The position numbers and the translations under genes were made by a program. A model generated the notes under the pieces. That model worked only from the letters and a program-made list of their open reading frames with translations, was not told where the DNA came from and ran no database searches. Below are positions 1 through 8,018 of a stretch of DNA of 64,000 nucleotides, one piece after another. Source of the DNA: Cyclobacteriaceae bacterium (lineage in GTDB: Bacteria; Bacteroidota; Bacteroidia; Cytophagales; Cyclobacteriaceae); NCBI GenBank assembly GCA_019694875.1, contig JAIBBC010000003.1, positions 548,469-612,468 on the forward strand, in the 5' to 3' direction. Within the stretch, counting starts at the first letter, position 1. Each line of letters begins with the position of its first letter.

Positions 1-592
1 CATAGTCCTCCGCCTTGAATTTTAACACTTCCTTCGCAAAAGTCTGCGGTGTATAAGTCTTCTCTTTGTAGGTAAAAGTTTCCGGTGCCTTTCCAAGATG
101 TTCATCGAGAATGCCCTGAAAACCAGTCATCCAGTCTGCCGGCACGGGCCGCTTCTTTAAGAGGCTGTCGAGGTAGTTTTTAAGCTGCGAATCCATTTTG
201 GAGTGGTCATGATTCTTAACACCCAACAGCAATCCCGAGTAGTTGCCCTCCGGCATGGCTCCATAGTTTGCCATCGCGCGGATCACATCGTGACCCAGCC
301 CGCCCGGCCCAAACTGAGCGCTCCCCTGTCGTAAAAGATAATTCTTTGCTTTCTCGGTATAGATGCAACGAACGGTATACATCTCCGACAAGTCAAACTC
401 ACCGTTACCATTTGCCAACGTTGTTGACTCGATTAATGACGTTGTCGAAAAACTCCAACACGTACCGGTATTGGCCTGGTTCTTAACAGAAGTAGCGCCT
501 GTTTGTTTTACCACGGTAAGGTCGCCTGAAAGCTGGGCAATGCCGGCTACATGCACACTTAGCAGAGCTGCAATCAAAAATTTTATCTTCAT
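1..592 (-). CDS. C1 family (papain-like) cysteine peptidase, N-terminal part; 3' end runs off the window
   Basis: Absent from the ORF track because it is open to the window edge. Reverse-strand translation from ATG (590-592) gives MKIKFLIAALLSVHVAGIAQ (signal peptide) ... VKNQANTGTCWSFSTTSLIES. This is the NQ-x4-CWSFS catalytic-Cys motif of peptidase family C1. Confidence 0.75.
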   Translation of the reverse strand, partial: MKIKFLIAALLSVHVAGIAQLSGDLTVVKQTGATSVKNQANTGTCWSFSTTSLIESTTLANGNGEFDLSEMYTVRCIYTEKAKNYLLRQGSAQFGPGGLGHDVIRAMANYGAMPEGNYSGLLLGVKNHDHSKMDSQLKNYLDSLLKKRPVPADWMTGFQGILDEHLGKAPETFTYKEKTYTPQTFAKEVLKFKAEDY

Positions 593-598
593 GACTGA

Positions 599-1720
599 TT
601 ATCCTTTGTACGAAATGCGATAGATAACTCCGGCAAGGTCGTCTGAAACAAGCATCGAACCGTCAGTCAGCACAAGCACATCAACCGGTCTGCCCCACGC
701 CTTCTGCTCATCGTCATTTAACCAGCCGCTTGCAAAAACTTCGTACCCTTCAGAAGTCTTGTTGTCTTTTACTTTAACCATCGAAATCCGGTAACCGATT
801 TTCTTGCTTCTGTTCCATGATCCGTGCTCGGCAATGAAGGCCGTATTCGCATAGGTTTCAGGGAACATCTTGCCCGTATAAAACTTGATACCCAGCGGTG
901 CCACGTGCGGGCCAAGTGGCTGAACGGGTGCAACAAACTCACTGCAGGCATGTTTATCGCCAAACTCAGGATCTTTAATGGTGCCTGCGTGACAATACGG
1001 ATAACCAAAATTCATCCCCTTCTGAGGTGCAAGGTTAAGCTCGCAAGGCGGAACATCGTCACCAAGCTGGTCGCGGCCGTTATCGGTAAACCATAATTCA
1101 TTCGTTACCGGATGCCAGGTAAAACCTACGGTGTTGCGAATACCTTTAGCATAAATTTCACGTCCCGTTCCGTCAGGATTGATACGAGTGATGGTGTTGA
1201 AGATCGAGTCTTTCGATTCACAGATGTTACACGGTGCACCAACCGGTACATACAACTTACCATCCGGACCGAACGCAATGTACTTCCAGCCGTGATGGGC
1301 TTCTGTTGGATACGTATCGTTCAGTACAATCGGATCGGGAGGCGTATCAAGATGAGATTCGATGTTCTCGTATTTCAATATCCGGCTGATTTCAGCAACA
1401 TACAAATGTCCGTCACGGAAGGCCACGCCATTCGGTTGGTTCAACCCGGAGTCAATCACCCATGTTTTATCTGCTTTAAAATCACCATCGTTGTCTTTTA
1501 CCGCATATACTTTATCACTATCCCTGTTTCCAACATACAACACACCGGACGGGCTCATGGCCATCGACCGAGCATCGGGTACTTTGGCATAAACGTCAAT
1601 CGCGAAGCCCGCAGGCAACTTGATCGTACTCAGCGGAAGTTCACCTTCCGGGGCTTTGTTTTTAGGACTGCAGGCGGCAGCGATAACCATCAGAACAAGG
1701 AGTGATTTTTTAAGACTCAT
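599..1720 (-). CDS. PQQ-dependent sugar (sorbosone/glucose) dehydrogenase family protein, lipoprotein-like signal
   Basis: 373-aa ORF with N-terminal MSLKKSLLVLMVIAAACS. Beta-propeller-type sequence with GVAFRDGHLYVAE, NCxxC-like PCNICE and WFTDNGRD, typical of soluble PQQ sugar dehydrogenases. Confidence 0.75.
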   Translation of the reverse strand: MSLKKSLLVLMVIAAACSPKNKAPEGELPLSTIKLPAGFAIDVYAKVPDARSMAMSPSGVLYVGNRDSDKVYAVKDNDGDFKADKTWVIDSGLNQPNGVAFRDGHLYVAEISRILKYENIESHLDTPPDPIVLNDTYPTEAHHGWKYIAFGPDGKLYVPVGAPCNICESKDSIFNTITRINPDGTGREIYAKGIRNTVGFTWHPVTNELWFTDNGRDQLGDDVPPCELNLAPQKGMNFGYPYCHAGTIKDPEFGDKHACSEFVAPVQPLGPHVAPLGIKFYTGKMFPETYANTAFIAEHGSWNRSKKIGYRISMVKVKDNKTSEGYEVFASGWLNDDEQKAWGRPVDVLVLTDGSMLVSDDLAGVIYRISYKG

Positions 1721-1804
1721 ACAGGGAAAAGTTTCAGGTAATGTACCGGTTTAAACGATTAATTGAAACCCGGATTTTACCGGTGGAGAATACCTGCCCT
1801 GAAG

Positions 1805-1812
1805 TATATTTG
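1805..1812 (+). promoter_or_regulatory. Bacteroidota-type -7 promoter box TATATTTG (consensus TAnnTTTG)
   Basis: Exact consensus match 4 nt upstream of the ABC-F start codon (ATG 1817). Confidence 0.4.
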
Positions 1813-1816
1813 CGCA

Positions 1817-3724
1817 ATGATTTCGATTTCCAACATCTCGTATTTCATCGGAGGAAGGGCTTTGTACGAGAACGCCAGTGCGTTTGTAAAACCCAAGGAC
1901 AAGATTGGCCTGATCGGGTTGAACGGTCGCGGAAAATCAACCCTGCTGAAGCTGATTCACGGTGAGTATTCGCTTGATGCCGGCTCGATCAGCAAGGCAA
2001 ACGACTGCACGATCGGGTTCCTGAACCAGGACCTGCTCTCCTACCAAACGGAAGACTCAATTCTGACCGTGGCTATAGGGGCCTTTAAGGAAGTTGTAGA
2101 CATTGAACGACAACTGGAACACATCATCAAGCAACTGGAAACTGAGTATTCGGACGAGCTTGTATCGAAGCTCACCAAACTCCAGGAAAAATACGAACAG
2201 CTTGATGGCTACACCGTCCAATCAAAGGCAGAGGAAATTTTGGAAGGTATCGGGTTCGTCACAGCCGATTTACACCGGCCGTTAAAAGAATTTTCAGGAG
2301 GCTGGCGAATGCGCGTAATGCTCGCCAAGCTTCTGCTCGAGAAGCCTTCGCTGTTAATGCTTGATGAACCTACCAACCACCTGGACTTGCCCTCAATCGA
2401 GTGGGTGGAAAATTATTTACGCAATTATGAAGGTGCGGTGATGGTGGTTTCGCACGACCGGCAATTTCTCGATAACGTGACAACGAAAACAATCGAAGTA
2501 AGTCAGTCGCAATTGTTTACCTACGAAGGTAACTACTCATTCTATCTCGAAGAAAAAGAACTGCGCCAGGAGATTCAGCAAAACGCATTTGAAAATCAGC
2601 AGGCAAAAATCCGGCAGACCGAACGGTTTATCGAACGGTTTAAAGCGAAGGCAACAAAAGCCCGGCAGGTTCAGTCGCGCGTGAAAGCGCTTGAGCGGAT
2701 GGACATGATTGAAGAAGTGGTTGATGACACCGCTGCGGTAAATTTCAAGTTCAAGTTCAATCAGCAGCCCGGCCGGTGGATTGCAACCCTGAAAGATGTA
2801 TCAAAATCATACGGTGATCTTGAAATACTCCGGCATACTTCTATCGCAATCGAACGGGGCGATAAAATCGCACTGGTTGGCGCTAACGGAAAAGGAAAAT
2901 CTACGCTCCTGCGGATCATAGCCGGCACCGAACCAGTAGAAGGCGAGCGTACAATCGGTTATAACGTAATCCCTGCGTTTTACGCACAGCACCAGCTGGA
3001 GTCGCTTCATGTCGATAACGAAATCCTCGATGAAATGAAGCAGGCAGGTTCAGGTAAAACGGAACAGGAACTTCGTAATGTGCTTGGATGCTTTCTGTTT
3101 TCGAATGAAGATCAATACAAAAAGATCAAAGTTCTTTCCGGTGGCGAGAAATCACGCGTAGCGCTTGCGAAAACGCTTATTTCGGAAGCTAACTTTTTGC
3201 TGCTGGACGAACCCACCAACCACCTGGATTTTATTTCAGAAAACATTTTGATCCAGGCCCTGCAACAATATGCCGGAACATTCCTGGTCGTTTCACACAA
3301 CCGATACTTCATCAGTCAGATCGCGAATAAAATCTGGTACATCGAAGACAAGCAGATTAAAGAATATCCGGGCACGTTTGATGAGTACGAATACTGGCGC
3401 AAGAAAAATGAGACCGTTGCTGAACCCGCAAAACGTGAAACCCCGCCTCCACCGGTAAAAAAGGAAGCAACTCCGAAGAGTGACGACACTGAAAAGAAAC
3501 TCAAGGGGCTGAATAAAGAACTGAAAACAGTCGAAGCCAGTATCGAATCGCTTGAAGCGGAAAAAGCTTTACTTGAAAATGAAATGGCTAAAACAGAAGT
3601 TTACAGCGATTTTGAAAGGCTGAAGGTAGCGCAGGAAAAATTTAACACTACGTCAACTGCTTTGGAATCAGCGACCAAACGCTGGGAAGAGATACTTACC
3701 GAAATTGATCAGTTGAACGGCTAA
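1817..3724 (+). CDS. ABC-F family ATPase (two ABC cassettes, C-terminal coiled-coil extension)
   Basis: Two Walker A motifs (GLNGRGKST, GANGKGKST) and two ABC signatures (FSGGWRMR, LSGGEKSR), with no TM segments. Start moved to the internal ATG giving MISISNISYF, the usual ABC-F N-terminus. The track ORF start at 1763 is upstream of the -7 box. Confidence 0.9.
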   Translation: MISISNISYFIGGRALYENASAFVKPKDKIGLIGLNGRGKSTLLKLIHGEYSLDAGSISKANDCTIGFLNQDLLSYQTEDSILTVAIGAFKEVVDIERQLEHIIKQLETEYSDELVSKLTKLQEKYEQLDGYTVQSKAEEILEGIGFVTADLHRPLKEFSGGWRMRVMLAKLLLEKPSLLMLDEPTNHLDLPSIEWVENYLRNYEGAVMVVSHDRQFLDNVTTKTIEVSQSQLFTYEGNYSFYLEEKELRQEIQQNAFENQQAKIRQTERFIERFKAKATKARQVQSRVKALERMDMIEEVVDDTAAVNFKFKFNQQPGRWIATLKDVSKSYGDLEILRHTSIAIERGDKIALVGANGKGKSTLLRIIAGTEPVEGERTIGYNVIPAFYAQHQLESLHVDNEILDEMKQAGSGKTEQELRNVLGCFLFSNEDQYKKIKVLSGGEKSRVALAKTLISEANFLLLDEPTNHLDFISENILIQALQQYAGTFLVVSHNRYFISQIANKIWYIEDKQIKEYPGTFDEYEYWRKKNETVAEPAKRETPPPPVKKEATPKSDDTEKKLKGLNKELKTVEASIESLEAEKALLENEMAKTEVYSDFERLKVAQEKFNTTSTALESATKRWEEILTEIDQLNG

Positions 3725-3836
3725 AACACGTTCCACTTTTCCAGTAATACACTCAGGGCTAACAATGCGGAAAGAACAGCCGCGCCTAAAATTGCTTTTG
3801 AAATATAAGGTTTCCAGATCGAGCGCTCCATAATCA

Positions 3837-5144
3837 TCACTTAAAAATATACCGGAATCGCAGCGAAACATCGAATGTAACCGGAGTTATCCGCGCTGCA
3901 ATTTCATCCTTATATATCGAACTGAGCGAGTAACGTAACCCCGGGTTCAAAGAAATCCGGTATTGATTTGCAATCCGGTAGCTGAATTCCGTTCCCAGCA
4001 GTCCGCTAAAGGTAACGGTGCGATATGGAGAATCCTTTCCCGCGGTTTGCGTGACTTTTTGTAACTGCTTGTCGTCAGGAATAAGCGTGTTGCTGATAAA
4101 CAGATCGGTAGCTACCCCGCCATTAAGCTGAATGCTAAAAGCCTGATCAAGGATCACATAGCCCGCCTGAACGGGCACACTTACAAACTGAAGGCTGCTG
4201 TTAACTGTGTAAGAAGATACAGGCGCTCCTGCCGCGCTACCCTCATTCGACAAAGAAGGTCGGACATATTCGCTTAACGAAGCACCGCCTTTGTTGGCGC
4301 TTGTGGATACAAAATCTGCGCTTTGCGATAAATATGAAATACCGCCCTGCAAAACCAGTCTTCTGCTGATTCGTCCCGCAACATTCAACCCGGCAGAATA
4401 ACTCGCGCCTCCTTTTGACGATGAAACATTGTCGTTCGTGACCACTTCGCGGTTTGGCCGGTAACTTCCTGCCCCCACACCAACCGATGCCCAGATGTTT
4501 TCTTTGCTTTTCTTGTTTTCCTCTTCCTGATATTTTTTCTCTTCATCTTTCAGCTTAGCCAACAGAACCATCCCAGGATCGGCCTCGACAGGCTGCTCAG
4601 GTTTCGGCAAAACCAATTCCGGTTTCCCGACTGAAGCATAATCGGAAAGAGATCTCCTTTCAATGGAGCGGGGTTCAAAAACCTGTTCAGTTTGATTGTT
4701 CTTAGGCTCAGAATTATCATGAGCTAATGCGGCCATTTCATCCTGACCGGAATTCGATCCAGAGTGCCGTGAATCGGCTTTGCGCTGAACGAGGTTTGAT
4801 TGTACAGGTGATTTTGCCGGATTACTTTTCTCAGTGTTGTTGTTATCAGCTGTTGTTGATTGATTTCGCTGAGGAGTGAGCACTTCCTTTTTTACGACTG
4901 CCTGCTCACCGGTTTGATCAGGCCTGATAGACTGATTATTAATATAGTACAGCGCAGCGATTCCGCAAGCGAATGCAACGGACGCTGCAGCCAGCAATTG
5001 AAACAACAACAGGTTGCGCTTCATTTTTCCGCCCGATGCCTTTTCAAGCGAAAGCTCAATGTTCGTCCATACTCCTTCTGCCGGTGCAACTTCGGCTCCG
5101 CTAAAGGCATCCCTGAACGACTCCTCAAAACGGCTATTTTCCAT
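3837..5144 (-). CDS. Putative anti-sigma factor-like membrane protein with low-complexity linker and C-terminal outer-membrane beta-barrel-like domain
   Basis: Overlaps the stop of the upstream ECF sigma gene by 11 nt. Short N-terminal cytoplasmic segment, one TM helix (LLLFQLLAAASVAFACGIAALYYI), and a roughly 170-aa Q/N/E/K/P/S-rich linker. The last ~200 aa show alternating beta-strand patterns (FSGLLGTEFSYRI, ISLNPGLRYSL, FDVSLRFRYIFK). Confidence 0.5.
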   Translation of the reverse strand: MENSRFEESFRDAFSGAEVAPAEGVWTNIELSLEKASGGKMKRNLLLFQLLAAASVAFACGIAALYYINNQSIRPDQTGEQAVVKKEVLTPQRNQSTTADNNNTEKSNPAKSPVQSNLVQRKADSRHSGSNSGQDEMAALAHDNSEPKNNQTEQVFEPRSIERRSLSDYASVGKPELVLPKPEQPVEADPGMVLLAKLKDEEKKYQEEENKKSKENIWASVGVGAGSYRPNREVVTNDNVSSSKGGASYSAGLNVAGRISRRLVLQGGISYLSQSADFVSTSANKGGASLSEYVRPSLSNEGSAAGAPVSSYTVNSSLQFVSVPVQAGYVILDQAFSIQLNGGVATDLFISNTLIPDDKQLQKVTQTAGKDSPYRTVTFSGLLGTEFSYRIANQYRISLNPGLRYSLSSIYKDEIAARITPVTFDVSLRFRYIFK

Positions 5145-5709
5145 AACGCTGATAATATGTTGATCCTTTCAATAATCTTTCCTGCAGCAACGCGCGCGCG
5201 CGTGCATACTGTGACTTCGATGTCCCTTCCGAAATGCCGAGCATTTCGGCTATCTCTTTATGCCCGTATCCTTCTATCGCAAACATGTTAAAAACGACCT
5301 GGCAGCCCTGCGGCAGTTCCTGAATCATCTCAAGCAATTGGGTAAAGTGTAAGCCTGAAAGGCTTACTTCGGTTTCGGGCAGGTCAATGTCTTCGACATC
5401 TACCATGGGATAGAGATAGAGCTTTTTGCGATGGTGGTTGAGGGCCGTGTTCACCATAATCCTTGTCATCCATGTTTCCAGCTTAGAATCTTGCCTAAAA
5501 CCCCCTAAACCCTGAAACACCTTCACGAAGCCCTCCTGTAAAATGTCTTCCGCCTCCGGAGTCGATTTCGAATAACGGAGACATACCACCATCAATTTTT
5601 TTGAAAAACGATCGTATAAAGCCTTTTGAGCGGCCCTGTCGCCTTTTCGGCAGGCTTCAATCAGCTCCTGTTCATTGAGCATTCCCGGGTGAATTCGATC
5701 GTTATGCAT
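5134..5709 (-). CDS. RNA polymerase ECF-type sigma-70 factor
   Basis: 191 aa. Region 2 (DILQEGFVKVF) and region 4 HTH (GYGHKEIAEMLGISEGTSKSQYARA) motifs are present. Confidence 0.9.
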   Translation of the reverse strand: MHNDRIHPGMLNEQELIEACRKGDRAAQKALYDRFSKKLMVVCLRYSKSTPEAEDILQEGFVKVFQGLGGFRQDSKLETWMTRIMVNTALNHHRKKLYLYPMVDVEDIDLPETEVSLSGLHFTQLLEMIQELPQGCQVVFNMFAIEGYGHKEIAEMLGISEGTSKSQYARARALLQERLLKGSTYYQRYGK

Positions 5710-5759
5710 ATTTGACCCCGACCTGCTTTAAAAGGTTGGAAACCCGTAGTTTAAAATTT

Positions 5760-5767
5760 TAGCTTTG
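5760..5767 (+). promoter_or_regulatory. -7 promoter box TAGCTTTG with TTG at 5736-5738 as candidate -33 element
   Basis: Exact TAnnTTTG match 3 nt upstream of ATG 5771. A TTG lies 21 nt upstream of the box. Confidence 0.4.
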
Positions 5768-5770
5768 AGC

Positions 5771-7054
5771 ATGAAGAAGTGGTATCTCGTTCTGGTAGTA
5801 TTCGTTTCCTGTGTTCCGCTCACGCAAACATCCACCGGTGATCCGGGTGACGCCAAAGTTCTCAGCCTGTCTGATCAATCGTACGAACCGCAAATAAAAA
5901 CGGTTCGCGTTTACCCGGATGGAACCAGCCCGGAGGTTCAACTCCTTCCTACCGTAACCAAGCTCGGCAACTGGAACCTGGTGCTCGAGTTTGACGACCT
6001 TCAGGAATCACGCGACAGCTACTACGCCCGTGTAATCCATTGCAACCAGGACTGGACCAAATCAACGCTCTCCGACCTCGATTTCATGCCTCAGTACAAC
6101 GAATTCCCGCTCCTCAATTTCGAATTTTCCCTCGACACTCAAATTCCCTACGTGCATTACAAATTCAAGTTACCCGCTGTTAAGCTGCCGGGAAACTATG
6201 TGTTGGCTGTGTACCGGGGGTCTGACCGAAACGACCTTATTATCACTAAACGTTTCATGGTATACGATTCGCGTGTTTCGTTCTCGCGCGATGGAAATTT
6301 ATTGGGGGCCGGGGCCGCCACGAACGTGAATCAGCAGCTCAACTTCACGATAAACTACAAAAACATAGACCTGGTTAATCCGATGGACAATGTGAATGTT
6401 ACCATCCGCCAGAACCAGCGTTGGGACAACCTGGCCACAAGCGTTAAACCAACCTTCGTGCGCGATAACATCCGCGAGCTGGAATACCGCGTTTTCGACC
6501 CGAGTAAAATGCTGAAGGGTGGCAACGAGTTCCGCTGGTTCGACCTTCGATCACTTAATTATCCGGGCCGCAACGTTCAACGTGTGGATAAAACGCAAAA
6601 GCCGTTTCACGTTTTCATTCAGGCCGATGTTTCGCGGCAGGGCCAGCCCTACGCAATCTTCAATGACCTGAACGGCAACTATCAAAGTGACAACTACGAC
6701 TTCCGGAACCCAATCTCCGCAAACTATGCGTACGTACATTTTACGTTGCGATCGCCACAGCCGGTAGACGGTGCAGTTTATCTGAACGGAGCATTCACGA
6801 ACTGGAGCACTTCTCCGGACTATCAGATGATGTACGATGCAATTAAGAAAGAATACACCGCCACCGTGCTTTTAAGGCAGGGATATTACGACTATCAATA
6901 CGTGGTGAAGTCGGCAACCGTTCCGTACGATTACTTCGAGGGAAACCATTTTGAAACCGAGAATGATTACGAGATCCTGGTGTATTACCGGTCATTCCAA
7001 CCGCAGGCAGATTTGTTAGTTGGGTACATTCAGCTTACGCAAAATCCGCGTTAA
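5771..7054 (+). CDS. DUF5103 / type IX secretion system plug-like protein
   Basis: ~427 aa with signal peptide MKKWYLVLVVFVSC. Motifs YYARVIHCNQDWTKS and PGNYVLAVY match my recollection of the DUF5103 (T9SS plug) family. The family call is from memory and not searched. Confidence 0.55.
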   Translation: MKKWYLVLVVFVSCVPLTQTSTGDPGDAKVLSLSDQSYEPQIKTVRVYPDGTSPEVQLLPTVTKLGNWNLVLEFDDLQESRDSYYARVIHCNQDWTKSTLSDLDFMPQYNEFPLLNFEFSLDTQIPYVHYKFKLPAVKLPGNYVLAVYRGSDRNDLIITKRFMVYDSRVSFSRDGNLLGAGAATNVNQQLNFTINYKNIDLVNPMDNVNVTIRQNQRWDNLATSVKPTFVRDNIRELEYRVFDPSKMLKGGNEFRWFDLRSLNYPGRNVQRVDKTQKPFHVFIQADVSRQGQPYAIFNDLNGNYQSDNYDFRNPISANYAYVHFTLRSPQPVDGAVYLNGAFTNWSTSPDYQMMYDAIKKEYTATVLLRQGYYDYQYVVKSATVPYDYFEGNHFETENDYEILVYYRSFQPQADLLVGYIQLTQNPR

Positions 7055-7854
7055 GCGTAAACCACTTCCCGCTGATCGGCTTTGCGGATAGAATCGTTGC
7101 CGGCCACATCCAGCATTCCGAAACCTTTGTGACAGAAATAGCCGAGGCCATATTCATACACAAAGCGCTGCACTTCCGGTGCGGCATATAAGGTGAACGG
7201 GAATGTGTAGCCACGCACTTCGAATTTCACATCGTTATCATAAACCGGATAGATGCGGGCAAACTTTTTATGGGTAGCCTGGATGCGATTCAGGTAATCG
7301 GCATCCGGCACAATTTGAAACTTGTAAAAAGAAGCCAGTTGCTCAGCAGTGTACTTTCCAGTGGCTTCCATTCGGGCGAGCGTGGCATCATACAGAAGAT
7401 CCGAAAACTCGTCCGTGTCGGGCGACATAAACTTCTTGCTTTGGTCGTCATTGAAACCGGCTGCCTGGATCGGCACGATTGGCGAAATGCAAAGAAACTT
7501 TGCCTCTTCATTAATTTGAACAGCCTCCTCTTTTTCGAACGACTCCGGGGTTAAATGAAGGCTGCCGATCACGATATCCTTTTGTTCAAAAAGCCTTCCC
7601 AGAAAGTAGTCGAGAAATGCTTTATCGGTACACGAGAAAACGAGTGTGACTTTAGAAGAATAAAAATGCAGGCCCTTGCGGCTGATCTTGGTCTGACCTT
7701 TCAGTCCCGAAAAGATGAACTGCGTAAAGTCTTTGTATTCCTTATCCGGCCCGAAAATCAGGATGCCTTTAATGAACTGTGCCAGCAAAAACTGGTGGTG
7801 AAACGGCACGTACGCCCCGCGATTCTTCAACGAAAAAATGATCCTGGTTCTCAC
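7051..7854 (-). CDS. cas6: Cas6-like RAMP endoribonuclease homologue (orphan, no CRISPR/cas neighbours)
   Basis: 267 aa with a GTG start. N-terminal MRTRIIFSLKN..VPFHHQFLLAQFIKGIL resembles the Cas6 beta1-alpha1 region. The C-terminal glycine-rich loop GLGYFCHKGFGMLDV matches the Cas6 G-h-G-x5-G-h-G signature. Confidence 0.6.
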   Translation of the reverse strand: MRTRIIFSLKNRGAYVPFHHQFLLAQFIKGILIFGPDKEYKDFTQFIFSGLKGQTKISRKGLHFYSSKVTLVFSCTDKAFLDYFLGRLFEQKDIVIGSLHLTPESFEKEEAVQINEEAKFLCISPIVPIQAAGFNDDQSKKFMSPDTDEFSDLLYDATLARMEATGKYTAEQLASFYKFQIVPDADYLNRIQATHKKFARIYPVYDNDVKFEVRGYTFPFTLYAAPEVQRFVYEYGLGYFCHKGFGMLDVAGNDSIRKADQREVVYA

Positions 7855-8018
7855 TTCTAAAAAAATAATGGGGTGTTAAAAAATCGATTCTGGTAAACCC
7901 CTGTTTTATACTGATTATGAGCAGTTTATAAAACTAATAAAAATAAAGAAATGAACTCAAGTCCATGTAAGGAATAATTGCAGGACGCAGGATTTTGACG
8001 GGTGAAAACCCTGAAAAC

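Noticed and set aside
1112-1705. Long antisense ORFs in the track (e.g. 1112..1705, 47752..48336, 20479..20865, 48680..49057)
   Set aside because: Each lies opposite a strongly supported gene (PQQ dehydrogenase, ppk1, smc, gyrB) and has a low-complexity or unprotein-like translation.
7988-8013. Hairpin CAGGGUUUU-8 nt-AAAAUCCUG just after the ychF stop as an intrinsic terminator
   Set aside because: The stem needs a G-U pair and is not followed by a U-tract. It is plausible but too weak to list as a feature.
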